From contig NC_092670.1 in the NCBI RefSeq assembly GCF_964355755.1, positions 1,044,201 through 1,108,200 on the forward strand: a stretch of 64,000 nt of DNA. Reading direction: 5' to 3'. The notes beneath the pieces were generated by a model. It was not told where the DNA came from. It searched no databases and was given only the letters and a program-made list of their open reading frames with translations. This DNA comes from Antedon mediterranea. Lineage: Eukaryota > Animalia > Echinodermata. This document shows, piece by piece, positions 16,079-27,100 of this stretch; position 1 is the stretch's first letter; the number at the start of each line of letters is the position of its first letter. The position numbers were made by a program, and so were the translations under genes.

Positions 16079-19000
16079 AGTGTACACAGTTATAACCTGT
16101 GTGTACTTTAAAGAACCCAGTTCATTATTCGAAAAAGAGTAGGGGGTTATCCCGGTGAACTGGTTCACACAATAGCCCCTGTATCAGGGGGATTACCACC
16201 TATCTGATAGGACAGTGATTAATTCACTATTGGTAATCCTTGGCCACATTGCCTAAAGACATAAATAAAAATAAAAAATTACACAGTAGTCGAACATACT
16301 GAGAGATGTGAGAATATGACATTCAGTCAAACGCTGTAAGCTTCTCTTAGTGACAAGCCTCTTAACTGTTCCACCTATGCCATCACATGCACTCTTGCCA
16401 TGTGATGTAGCGAAAAAATTCCCCTCGGCGTCTAAACCAAAATCTTCCTGGTGGTGGCAAAGGTTAATAAAGTTATATTTGTTTTTGTATTGGCCGCCAC
16501 ATCCATCTGTGAAATAATGAACTTTTTTCATGGTTGGTAGTTTTGATTTTAAATAGGGGATGACAACCTTTAAAAAGGCATCAGTAACTGATGTATGTTC
16601 TCTGCAATCACTTATTATGCATTAATATGCATAATAACATAGTAAGGACACTAAACTATGTGTCAAAATTGATTTGAAAAGTATGTGAGTTACCCAGTAT
16701 TTCTCATATCAAAGTATATCTACTGTTTAAGTGGGCCTGATGAGAAAGCGTAACAATAAGACACCTTAACAGTTAGTGTTCACACTGTGTATAAGTATAT
16801 AACAACACCAAAAATACACTAAAAGGAAGAGGTATGTCAACTTCAAATTGTAATTTCATGGAAACAAACAAAAAAACCCCTCCAATTTTGTTATATGTTG
16901 TAGTTGACAAGTAGGGCTACATTTTTCGTGATAGTCACCAACAAATCGGGCGTGTTCCACGGGGTCAATTTCAAGGTCAAAATATATGTCAAAGTTTTAT
17001 TCAACTTAAAATTAACATAAAACACACACAATTAGTATATTTAGGTTCCTTATGGTCTCCCCTTTACAAAAATACCTTTGTTTTTAAAATCGAACCTATA
17101 GTTCCCGAGATACAGCTCTTTGAAACGTGGCGGCCGCTCCCTTTTTTGCGTAAAAACCGAAAATTGAAATTGCGATATCTCGAAAACCGTTGGTCCGATA
17201 AAGTTAAAATTTGAAATTTTGGCTTTAATTGCTATGAATCACCCATATACCAAATTTCATCAAAATTGGAAGAGGTAGGGTTTAAAATTCCATTTTTTTT
17301 GGGTGAACTGAGATGGAATGACCCTCATGGGGAAATAAAGAAACTCATAGCAACCACACATAATGGAGTAAGAATAGATGAATACCATATTAGGCATTTG
17401 AATATTTCAATCAACATTGTGAATTATAAACTAAGGCATTGCATTACAAATACATTGTTTATTTTGGACAGTGTTGCTGGTAGCGGTACAATTAGTGTAT
17501 CGGGATGTAAACTTCCTCACTCTGGTATGTTGGACTCATCCAAGAACAGTTAATTAAAACATTAATTAACAAAGACCGGATTTGTTTTTCATGAATTGGG
17601 CCCAACTTGACAGAAAACCAATTACCAACTACTGTAAATAAATACCTTATTTCATATTAGAAATTCACATTCATTTTGTCAATTTCTTTCACAAGACAAC
17701 ATTATTATTATTAGAATGTTATTCACAGAATCCCAAACAACAAACGCATTTGAAATGCAAGTTGTGTAAACTACCTCATCTTCTGCGTGCCCATCACACT
17801 CATCCAGCGTCAACGACGTCATGTTGACATTTCTTTCTTGATCGTTACCTATTAATAGAACCAAAACAGTTACTATGACAACCCGTGAATGCAAGCAATG
17901 TAAACATAATTTTGTAATACTCACCTGATCACTAACCAATCATCATCAGGAACTTTATTCAGCTTATTGCTTAATAATACAAATTCTGTTTATAATTTCT
18001 AGGGCATTAAATTAAAATATTCTTGTTTATAGTGTAGGAATATCATTGTTTGCTTTGTCGACAAAAATGGTTTTGTTATTCAATGATTATGGTTAGAATT
18101 ATTTGAAGAACAGTATTGACTGAGCAACCTCAAGCAGTAGTATAATCATCTTACCAATTTTGTAACAAGACTCCCAGGGACTAAGATTTGGTAATTAATT
18201 TGTTTTATCTGAGATTTCTGCTTTTCGCTGATTCTAATGTACTTGATATAAACAGTGAATGTTTTTAAAAAAGGGTAAAAAATACAGTTTGTTTGTTTTT
18301 GTACAGAACATCCACTGTTGTTGCCAAGTCAATAAAATAACTTTCTCATGGTTTTGACAATTTGTTATCATTTATATTATAAAAATATCAAATATTTTGT
18401 TATCTCGTTGGCAGCATCTCCCAGTACCAGGCTACAACAGTGTTATAATATGTTGCTGGATGCATCACTGACCTTGCTATTCTAGGCCACTTCATTAATC
18501 ATTCAACTACAGTATATAAATGAATACCATTCGAAATATTTCTAAAATCAATATTCTAACTGAGAATTCTTAATAACAACATAATTGGAACAACAGGTAT
18601 TCTTCCTTGTTGACTGATGTTTATTAACTACAGTACTGTAATTCCTACTATTTCTAATGATGGTAGTCCATCAACACTTTGTAATGGTAGTACACTGCAC
18701 ATCTGTATAATCATTTGTGTGTACTGTACTTTAAAACTCACAACCAGGCAACAGGAAATGAATGAGAAATAAAAAAATGGAAACGATGGGATTTAAGAGG
18801 CTAACTCTGTCTACACTCTGTCAAACTTTATGTGACAAAAAATGTGATGTCCATTTAAGGACGCGATGATGCCATACTTATCACTACCATATTTAGGAAT
18901 ATCTCTACCATATTTGGGTGTATCACTACCATATTTGGGCACATCACACTTTTTTCGTCAAACTAGTTTGATAGTGTAGACAGAGCTTGAGATGGAGATT

Positions 19001-22000
19001 CACACTGTCATCATCAAAAGCATGAATCCTTTCTGCCGATTTGTCTAGTCCTAAATACTTACATGTATTTTCTATTGTTGCCATATCATTAATTACTTGA
19101 ACACCGTCACAAAATGAGTTGAAGCTTATCTGTCCGCAGCCTTCAGGGTCTAACAACTGGATAAGACCTGTAATCTCCTGCAAAAAAAAAAAAAAACTAA
19201 ATAAAACACACTAAACTACCTTCAAATATTAACCACAAGGAGAAATCAGACTACATATAAAAAAACTTTCCTAAGATATGAAAGGTCAAAAATTCACAAA
19301 TTCTTTACTATTCAATCTACTGTATTCTTTCCATCATTCTGAAAAACCAGAATTTTGGAAGAAAACTTCAACAGCTTGGGCCAGAGTCTACATACAGTGT
19401 TTTAACAAACACACGTATTACTATTATTAATAATTTTCTAAATGTGCAAACTTCACATAATTGTACAAGTACATTTCAATTGGTAAATTGCATTAGTTAA
19501 ATCTGGAATTTATCAATAATAATTGTTTCTATTTTTATACAGAATTTGACAATGTAATCAAGGAAGTGAGGTAATCCTTAGGCTATGGCTACTGTACAAC
19601 CGGAAAAATAAACCAATTCATACCAAGTGTCTAGATCTTCACAATTCAGGGTTCATAAAGGGAAATTGTACAAAACCAAATGTTATGAGAACACGATTTA
19701 AACAATTAGGCTTTATTAAAATTTACTTTATTAAAACTATTTTCATTCAAAATTTTAACATTAAATATTTAAAGAAAAATAAAAACTAGTGTCTAGATCA
19801 TCACAATTCTGGGTTTAAAAAGGGGTACTAATACTATTGTACAAAAAACAATTAATATGAGAACACTTTATGAGAACAGTTTATACTAGGCTTTATTCAG
19901 ATTTACTTTATTAAAACTATTCTCATTCAAAATGCTAAAATTAATTAATTAAATATTAAAGATAAATAAAAACTATGTACAAGTTCTTAAACGTACAGTA
20001 CTTACTGTAAACCAGTGAAATTAACAAACTAAACAATTAAAATTGCTGCATAAAAATAGACACTCTGACACACATTAATAAAGGAGTAATCAAACATCAG
20101 ATTTAATACTTAGATTTATTTAATCAGCATGCTTCAACTGATTCAATTGTTCTACAATACAAACTGCATGTGACTTTTAATGGAAAAGGAAAGTAAAAGA
20201 CTTGCTATTGTTATTTTGGTTTGTGAAATCTGTTCTTATAATTGTTAATTATTTGAATTTGATTGACATAATGCAAATGATTCAATGGCAGGTGTTTTGT
20301 TATTTTAATATAACTGCATCAATTCATATATTTATTAATACAGTAATACTATTGTTGCCCTTTATTTTCAGGGCCCAAATATCCTAGGACTACTGAAAAT
20401 GATCAACAACAAAAATATAAAATTACAGCAAAAATACCAGATAGTCCAGGACTAAAATTAGTCATTTTCAAGAATACAAGCCTTTATCTAGTACATACAG
20501 TACAAAAACAATGAAACAGACCAAGAAAGCAATGGCCCAAAATAAACAGGTAGTGAAATTTTACAAATCATGTGGTTCATAAAATAATAATTGATTGATT
20601 CAGTCAGTCTGGAAAGAAGGTTAAAGAATTAGAAATATGATACATTCAGTAATTATAACAATTAGGAAAAATTAAAAACACAATTAATTGTGTTGTTCTA
20701 TTTTATTAATCTAGGCAGATGGAACATAGTGTACCAATTCATCCAGGGTGCCATATAAAGCAATGATTAGTTATTAGGATTAAGATTTACGGAGATTAAC
20801 ACATTACAAAACCTAATATTAATCCTTTACTACAGTATCAATTTTTGCAAGCACTAATTACAGAGATCAGGAGATTAACCGTTATCCATTTATTTATGAA
20901 TACAAGAATAATTTTAAAACTTGATAATTACTACAAAAAAAGGATTTTACTTTGTCAATTTTTCCTATTTATTTTATTATAATTTAATAACAATGATTGT
21001 ACAGTATGTAATTTTAGTTTCATTGGAGAAAAAGGATTGTTTATTTGATTTGTTGTAATCTACAAATAAACAATTAAAAAAAATTGAAATTCTGATTTAA
21101 AGATACAGTAGCAGTTGTATGATTTCTGATTTTTATGAAGCTTTTGCCTTTTGTGAGTGGGACACACCACTTTGATGATTCATCAGGAATAGGATCAATA
21201 AATTCCTTCCAATAACAAAAACTCCTCCCAGCACGGGCTGTCGTATGAACAAGACCGTTTAGCCTCTTTGTCTGCTTCTACATCATTTAACAAACTCTTA
21301 AACACACGTTTTCCAGGTGTGATTTTCAACAAAAACCTAACGATGGCCTATCCTTAGCCTAACCAAACAACTTATGCAGAATCTTTCACAACAGGTTCTA
21401 CCGTAAACAAAATCAAAGTCAAGATTTTCTACTGGTTGCTTCTTGACAATAGACTGGCATGGTGAACAGTTAGTAAAATAAATACACACCTCAAACAATA
21501 GCATTCTATCTAAGAAGAATTATTGATCAGCCCTTCCTTTTACGCAATCAAAAGTTTTTTTTTTTATTTAGCTTTTTAAAACTGGGTGGAGTTCGATTAA
21601 GGTTTTTCCGGCCAGTAAAGCTTTTGAGGACCTTCCCGAAACTGAAGGTGTGAATATTTTGGCCACAAAGATTTTTGTAGCTTAAAAGAATAAAAATAGG
21701 CCTCCTAGTAGTAGTAGTACAGTAATCTAAGTGCAGCTGGATATTAAAACAAATGGAAAATCTATAAATCTGTCAACAATGAATAAAAACCGGACATCCT
21801 TGATTTTAAAAAGAGTTCAATTCAATTTCGGGAGAAAAAAATCTTTCAATGCTGTGAGAAAAAGATTTTAAAATTAAAAGTATTACATTAGTAATAATTA
21901 TCTAATAATACAATTCTGCAACACAAAATTATTATGAAATGATTTACTGTATACTGTAATAATATTAATACAGTATGCCCGTCTTATTATCTATCTAAAA

Positions 22001-22441
22001 AGGCCAGGTTATTCTGCTGAATAAAGCATATTATTTTTCACATTCTAAAATAAAATCATATTTTTTTTCCATATTTTAACTAAAGTTTAAAGTTCGTTAA
22101 CTTTTAGTTAGCTGCCACTTAAAAAAATACTAAAAAAAAAAGGTAAATTGAATTTCTTTTAATTAAAAATTAATTCCTTTAATTTTAGTTAGCTGTAGTC
22201 TTTAAAAAAAATAAGTGAACAAAAACAAAAACAACCGGTTAGGTCTAGGCTAGGATCATGGCTAGGCCTCACTGTTTCCTCCTTCCTTCCTCTTCCTTAG
22301 CTTTACCTTATGCTTGTCTTCTCCGAAGTGTTTCTTGGCTATCTCACAAAAATGGTCCACTTCAATGCTGCCTCGACCATCTGCGTCAAACGCTTCAAAA
22401 ACTACTTTCAGCTGTTCTAAAATATCAGCACAGTCGACCAT
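198..22441 (-). CDS. RAB11FIP3/4: Rab11 family-interacting protein 3/4 (Nuf/arfophilin-like), 5' part; continues beyond the left window edge
   Basis: Phase-consistent GT-AG exons: 22441-22307 (MVDCADILEQLKVVFEAFDADGRGSIEVDHFCEIAKKHFGEDKHK, EF-hand), 19177-19063 (EITGLIQLLDPEGCGQISFNSFCDGV, EF-hand), 17848-17775, 5958-5798, 5097-4933 (DDEEQYEDYGE), [4271-4215 optional], 3546-3511, 1805-1773 (RRVTSNEFAS), 1053-945, 749-555 and 247-198 (coiled coil). EF-hand pair + EEQ(F/Y)EDYGE + coiled coil matches class II Rab11-FIPs. The C-terminal Rab-binding domain is outside the window. Confidence 0.85.
323..453. mobile_element. PIF/Harbinger-type MITE, copy 1 of 4
   Basis: Degenerate TIR AGCTCTGTCTACACTATCAAACT...AGTTTGATAGTGTAGACAGAGCT with TTA on both flanks; related copies at ~4646, ~18803 and ~34133. 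Confidence 0.75.
1178..1432 (-). mobile_element. tRNA-derived SINE inserted in a remnant of the tRNA-carrying repeat
   Basis: Minus strand: A box TGGCCTGGTGG, B box GGTTCAAGTCC, A-rich tail (TAAAA)n. Flanks 1126-1177 and 1433-1460 rejoin into the repeat seen at ~52025-52103. Confidence 0.75.
4646..4781. mobile_element. Harbinger-type MITE, copy 2
   Basis: Same TIRs and internal GTGTGATGTGCCCAAATATGGTAGT core as the copy at 323. Confidence 0.75.
6540..6626 (-). mobile_element. Degraded tRNA-derived SINE head
   Basis: Minus strand GTGGTTAA...GGTCCCAGGTTCATATCCTG resembles A/B boxes; strongly decayed. Confidence 0.4.
7770..8236. repeat. Minisatellite, ~76-85 bp unit, ~5.5 copies
   Basis: Repeating GTCCAGCATTTAATGCAGTGCAGTGCCATACTATATGAATACATTGCAACAGGCCTTGTCCTACAACATAATAAGTTACTGC. 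Confidence 0.95.
9960..10036. repeat. Tandem duplication, ~38 bp x2
   Basis: ACAACTACTGTATACACCACTCACCATTACATGTGGT occurs twice in tandem. Confidence 0.9.
11274..11680. repeat. Minisatellite, ~97 bp unit, ~4 copies
   Basis: Repeating TTACTTTGTGAACTGGACAGAAGTTGCTAAATGGAGCTGTATATTTAGTAGATGATGGAAGTCTTTCTGTAGCTTCTTCTATGATCTTTTAATATTA. Confidence 0.95.
15429..16620 (-). pseudogene. C-terminal remnant of a Sola2-like transposase, split by a SINE
   Basis: ORF pieces 16531-16253 and 15923-15429 (TIKGTLQYHRF; IKFMHPHGPAKIFYWPSKEDCCWIP); N-terminal part absent. Confidence 0.85.
15926..16278 (+). mobile_element. tRNA-derived SINE inserted in the Sola2 transposase
   Basis: A box TGGCCGAGCGG, B box GGTTCGAGGCC, A-rich tail; 3' part (TGGTAATCCTTGGC..ATTGCCTAAA) resembles the tail of the SINE at 1178-1432. 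Confidence 0.8.
18803..18988. mobile_element. Harbinger-type MITE, copy 3 (inverted, with internal triplication)
   Basis: CTCTGTCTACACT...AGTGTAGACAGAGCT ends; internal ATCACTACCATATTTGGG-like unit three times. Confidence 0.75.
19628..19935. repeat. Diverged tandem duplication, ~160-180 bp x2
   Basis: AGTGTCTAGATC..CACAATTC...TAGGCTTTATT..ATTTACTTTATTAAAACTATT..CATTCAAAAT occurs twice. Confidence 0.8.
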
Positions 22442-22818
22442 GACACCAAAGAATGATATAAATGTATAAAATATTTGAAAATACGGATGTTACAAGAACA
22501 TAATTATGTTTTTAATCTGTCGTACAATACCCCTTCTTTCTTTCAAATCGACTCCACTGTGCTAAACCAGCGCGTTGCATGCCGACGACGAAAATAATAT
22601 CGTTGTTTATGTTTGTCACGGTTGAATGAATAATCTACCGCCCGCTTTCTTTCACCATGCAAATGGATTTACCAAAGATCTTAGATGTTTTATCTGCGAT
22701 CGCTTGGCTTTTTTCTCAATTCGATATAAAACAATTTAATTACAGTATATTATTAAATAGAGAAATAAATTCCCCATACTCATTTCTCATGATAAAACAC
22801 AGAGGTCAATAAAATGAA

Positions 22819-23456
22819 TAATTATTATTATTATTATTCACTTTTATTTCAAATATCAAAAAATTGACCAAAATTACAACTCGTGGCTAAGAGCCAAATT
22901 GCGTGTAAAATACATGTCATATCAAAAATATAAATATATATAAAAAATATGAAAAAAAAAAAAAAAAAAACAACAAAGAAGGGGAGAGCAGTCGCAAACT
23001 AGCAGGGGAGAAAATTAAGAATTTAGTAATTTGATGAAGTAGGGTATAGGGCTATTGGTAAATCTGGATGTTTTAGACGCTAGCTGGGTAATTTTGTTTT
23101 TATTTCTTAAATTCCTACCATGACAGCTATGTCTGGTCGGTGGGATTAAATCAGCTGTTTGTTTAATTTTGGGGAGATACTCAGCGAACTTGCGACAATG
23201 CTCCACCCTTCTTTGAGCCAAAGTCTCTAATTTAAGAAATTCAAGGGCACCAGAGTAAGAAAAGTAATCATTGCCTAACATTATACGGCAAGCCCTCTTT
23301 TGAACATTTTCAATACAATCGCTTAATCTACTAGACAGGCCAGAATGCCAAACAACATCAGCATACTCAACAACTGGTCTAATGTAACCACAAAAGGTCA
23401 ATTTAAGCTCTTCAATGTTAAAACCAAATCGTTTTAGTGATCGTAAAAAGAAAAGA
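22819..23456 (-). mobile_element. 5'-truncated CR1/L2-group LINE (ORF2 C-terminus + 3' UTR)
   Basis: ORF 23470-23015 (LFFLRSLKRFG..GYIRPVVEYADVVWH..IENVQKRACRIMLG..TSRFTNSPIPYFIKLLN) is a typical LINE ORF2 C-terminus; (AAT)n tail near 22820. Confidence 0.85.
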
Positions 23457-24121
23457 AACAATGCATGCACACAAAATTGTTCATTTTGTACTTTTGTAGT
23501 CGCTTTTTAGTTTCAAAATTTGACGTCTCTCGGTATTTAAGTCTCATAAAATAGTTGTTTTAAAATCATTATCCAAATTTTAGTATACGTATGAAATACA
23601 GGACATCTCAAGGAAGATTTTCATGCAACAAAACAAAAGTTTAAGTTATTTCTTCCAGATAAAATAATACACAACACAGTTAAAAAACATGAAATTTAAT
23701 TTTAAAAACTTGGCATAAAAAAAAATGTATTAACAATAAATGGCAGAACAAAAATTAACTTCAGTTTTCCACATTTTAAATGCTCAACTGTTACTACTAC
23801 TACATGAATTCCTTCATCGACTGAGCCGTTAGATTCCATCATGGAATCTGCCATGATGGCAGCAGACATGAAGTTCTTCCTACACTTTTTTAAAATCTCA
23901 AAAACAAAAATTTATTTCGCCACTGTATTAAATAAAAGTAAAAGTTAAAGTACTGTAAATATTCCCTGTATAATCTACTATTTATTTCAATAAATTGTTA
24001 TTTGGAAGTTTAAGTTTTTGGCAGTTAAGTTTTGAAAGTTATTTTGTGCATGTCACAAAAACTATGTTCAACATATTGTTCATTTACATACTATACTCAG
24101 ACCAGCGGTCATTGACTTTGG

Positions 24122-27100
24122 TCAATCAACGTCATCAAACTGACCAGGTTGGCAAACATCAAGACCGAGTGAATCTAGTTGTAAGTTCTCAGGATGATTT
24201 GTTGATGGAACAAAAAGAAAACGGCTTGGCTTCTCAGGTATTGGATAATGCACATGTTCTATCTCTGAAAAATAAAAACAGTAATGATAATAATGATAAT
24301 AATGATAGTAATGATAATAATGATAGTAATAGTAATGATAATAATGATAGTAATAATAATGATAGTAATGATAATAATGATAGTAATGATAATAATGATA
24401 GTAATGATAATAATGATAGTAATGATAATAATGATAGTAATGATAATAATGATAGTAATAATAATGATAGTAATGATAATAATGATAGTAATGATAATAA
24501 TGATAGTAATGATAATAATGATAGTAATGATAATAATGATAGTAAGATGATAATAATGATAGTAATGATAATGATAGTAATGATAATAATGATAGTAATG
24601 ATAATGATAGTAATGATAATAATGATAGTAATGATAATAATGATAGTAAGATGATAATAATGATAGTAATGATAATAATGATAGTAATGATAATAATGAT
24701 AATGATAGTAATGATGATAATGATAGTAATGATAATAATGATAATGATAATAATAATGATAATAATGATAATAATGATAGTAATGATAGTAATGATAATA
24801 ATGATAGTAATGATAATAATGATCGTAATGATAATAATGATAGTAATGATAGTAATGATAGTAATGATAATAATGATAGTAATGATAGTAATGATAATAA
24901 TGATAGTAATGATAGTAATGATAGTAATGATAGTAATGATAGTAATGATAATAATGATAATAATGATAATAATGATAGTAATGATAGTAATGATAGTAAT
25001 GATAGTAATGATAGTAATGATAGTAATGATAGTAATGATAGTAATGATAGTAATCTATATATAAATTTACGTAAGGGCAAAATTCGGTAAATCGCGCCTT
25101 ACTTCTAGAATTTTCACTCGATGGTATGTAAAGTTGGTTCGTACTTTCGGTACTGATTTTAACCGCCTGATGTAACCCTGTTTACTAATTAAATTGAGTT
25201 AGATAATTAGTTATTGACGATTAAAACGAATTTAGGTTCAAAGATTTGCCCCAAATAGGGGTGTTTTCCGATCGTGGTATACACTGTCTAATGGATGTCC
25301 ATCTTGAAAAATACCCGCCAAAAAAATGCGAGGAGGCTTCGCATTTTTCTATCTCCTCCTACGATAATTGTTTTTAATAGCTGAAAACCGGTTGAACAGC
25401 TAGAGTACACCATCATAATGTTGAAGACAGGCCGATTTTCTTTAAAAAATACTATTTTGATAGATTTAATATACGATTATACAAATGTATTGATTTGCGA
25501 TGAATGGAACATCCCAATCTCTCAGTCTGCCAGAGTTTGTTTTAACACAAGTACTGTAGGTAAATTTATGAGCCCTTGGTTTAACACATATGGTAGGTAA
25601 ATATATGGGCCCTTTGAGAATAAACTTGCAATACTTTGACAATACTGTAAATACCTATTAACTATTTTTCATTTGAATCGAACATTTCTTACTGTGAATG
25701 TTCGTACTGTTAGATGTAATATAAAAATATATACAAATAAACTTTATTACTGAGACTGTGGATAGGCTCTACTGTTAGATATACAAATAAACTTTATACT
25801 GACAGTTCCTTCTCAACCTTTGTATTAATTAATAATTACCAAAAATATAAACGTCGTAGTGGTGTATCGTGACATGTACTTTAATATTTCAATCGATTAT
25901 GACAGTGACAGTTTTAACAAAGTATTAAATCGCAAATGTTTTAGGCCTACTGTATTTAGAGGTATATTATTTATAGGCCTATAAAACATGAACAAAATAT
26001 TTCGTTACTCAGTGGATAAAGAATATATTTAAAAATTGTTCCTCTTTGTACCTATCCGCTTTCCCATCCCTCAACCCTAATGTTACATAGCGAGGAGGCC
26101 TCGCATTTTCCTATCTCCTCCTACGATAATTGTTTTTAATAGCTGAAAACCGGTTGAACAGCTAGAGTACACCATCATAATGTTGAAGACAGGCCGATTT
26201 TCTTTAAAAAATACTATTTTGATAGATTGCTAGAGTACACCATCATAATGTTGAAGACAGGCCGATTTTCTTTAAAAAATACTATTTTGATAGATTTAAT
26301 ATACGATTATACAAATGTATTGATTTGCGATGAATGGAACATCCAGTTTGGTTTAACACATACGGTAGGTAAATATATGGGCCCTTTGAGAATAAACTTG
26401 CAATAGGTTCGGAAAATGTTAAAAACCAATTTCTATTATTTGAATCGGTAAACAGTTTCCATTTATTATACATTGATAATGAAACATGAAATATTCCTAT
26501 TTATGTCCCTCGAGGTTCATTACAATTTATATTTAGTAGTCCCACGGACTTCATCTTAGCCACTCCCCCGAGTGCTAAGGCCAAATTTATGATACCCTAC
26601 TTTCTATGTAAGTTTAGTTACAGTTAGTTCTTGACGATAATACAACGAATTTAGGTTACACCCTTCGGCCGCGAAAACGTTTCTGTACAAATATGATACC
26701 GATTGGCTTTATTTCATTCAACAGCGACCATAATCTCGCCAATTACAGGATAGATAAACTATTTTATTATTGATGTGCTTATAAATTAAGACTCATGTAA
26801 ACAGCTTGATTACATCATTTTACAGACAAACGAAACTTTTTTAAACCTACTGTTTCAATAACTGAGTATGTTATACGTTTTCATAAGTAAGTGCATATAC
26901 ATTTTCGTGTTTTCATTGACGAGATTGTAATAGTAACTTCAGTAACTATTACAGTACTTATTTATTATACGACACAAGACAATTGTATCTGACAGGTACG
27001 TACATTATTCTAAAAAATAAGTCTAGATAGATCCCTTAGGCGTCATAAATCACAGGCCAACAAATCAGTACTCATGACAGAAATTCGACCCAGTTTGGTT

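Larger units (their letters stand above)
14570..17324 (-). mobile_element. Sola2-type DNA transposon, internally deleted
   Basis: ~690-bp TIRs (14570-15258 / 16633-17324) with GGG...CCC termini; 4-bp TSD TCAT (14566-14569, 17325-17328); internal transposase fragment FTDGCGGQYKN...FFATSHGKSACDGIGGTVKR. GRG termini, long TIRs and 4-bp TSD are Sola2 hallmarks. Confidence 0.88.

Noticed and set aside
23995-25080. Long ORFs (poly-NDS, LLS, MIV) on both strands
   Set aside because: Translations of the stop-free (AATGATAGT)n microsatellite in an intron; the same applies to 27488-28408 and 32115-32360.
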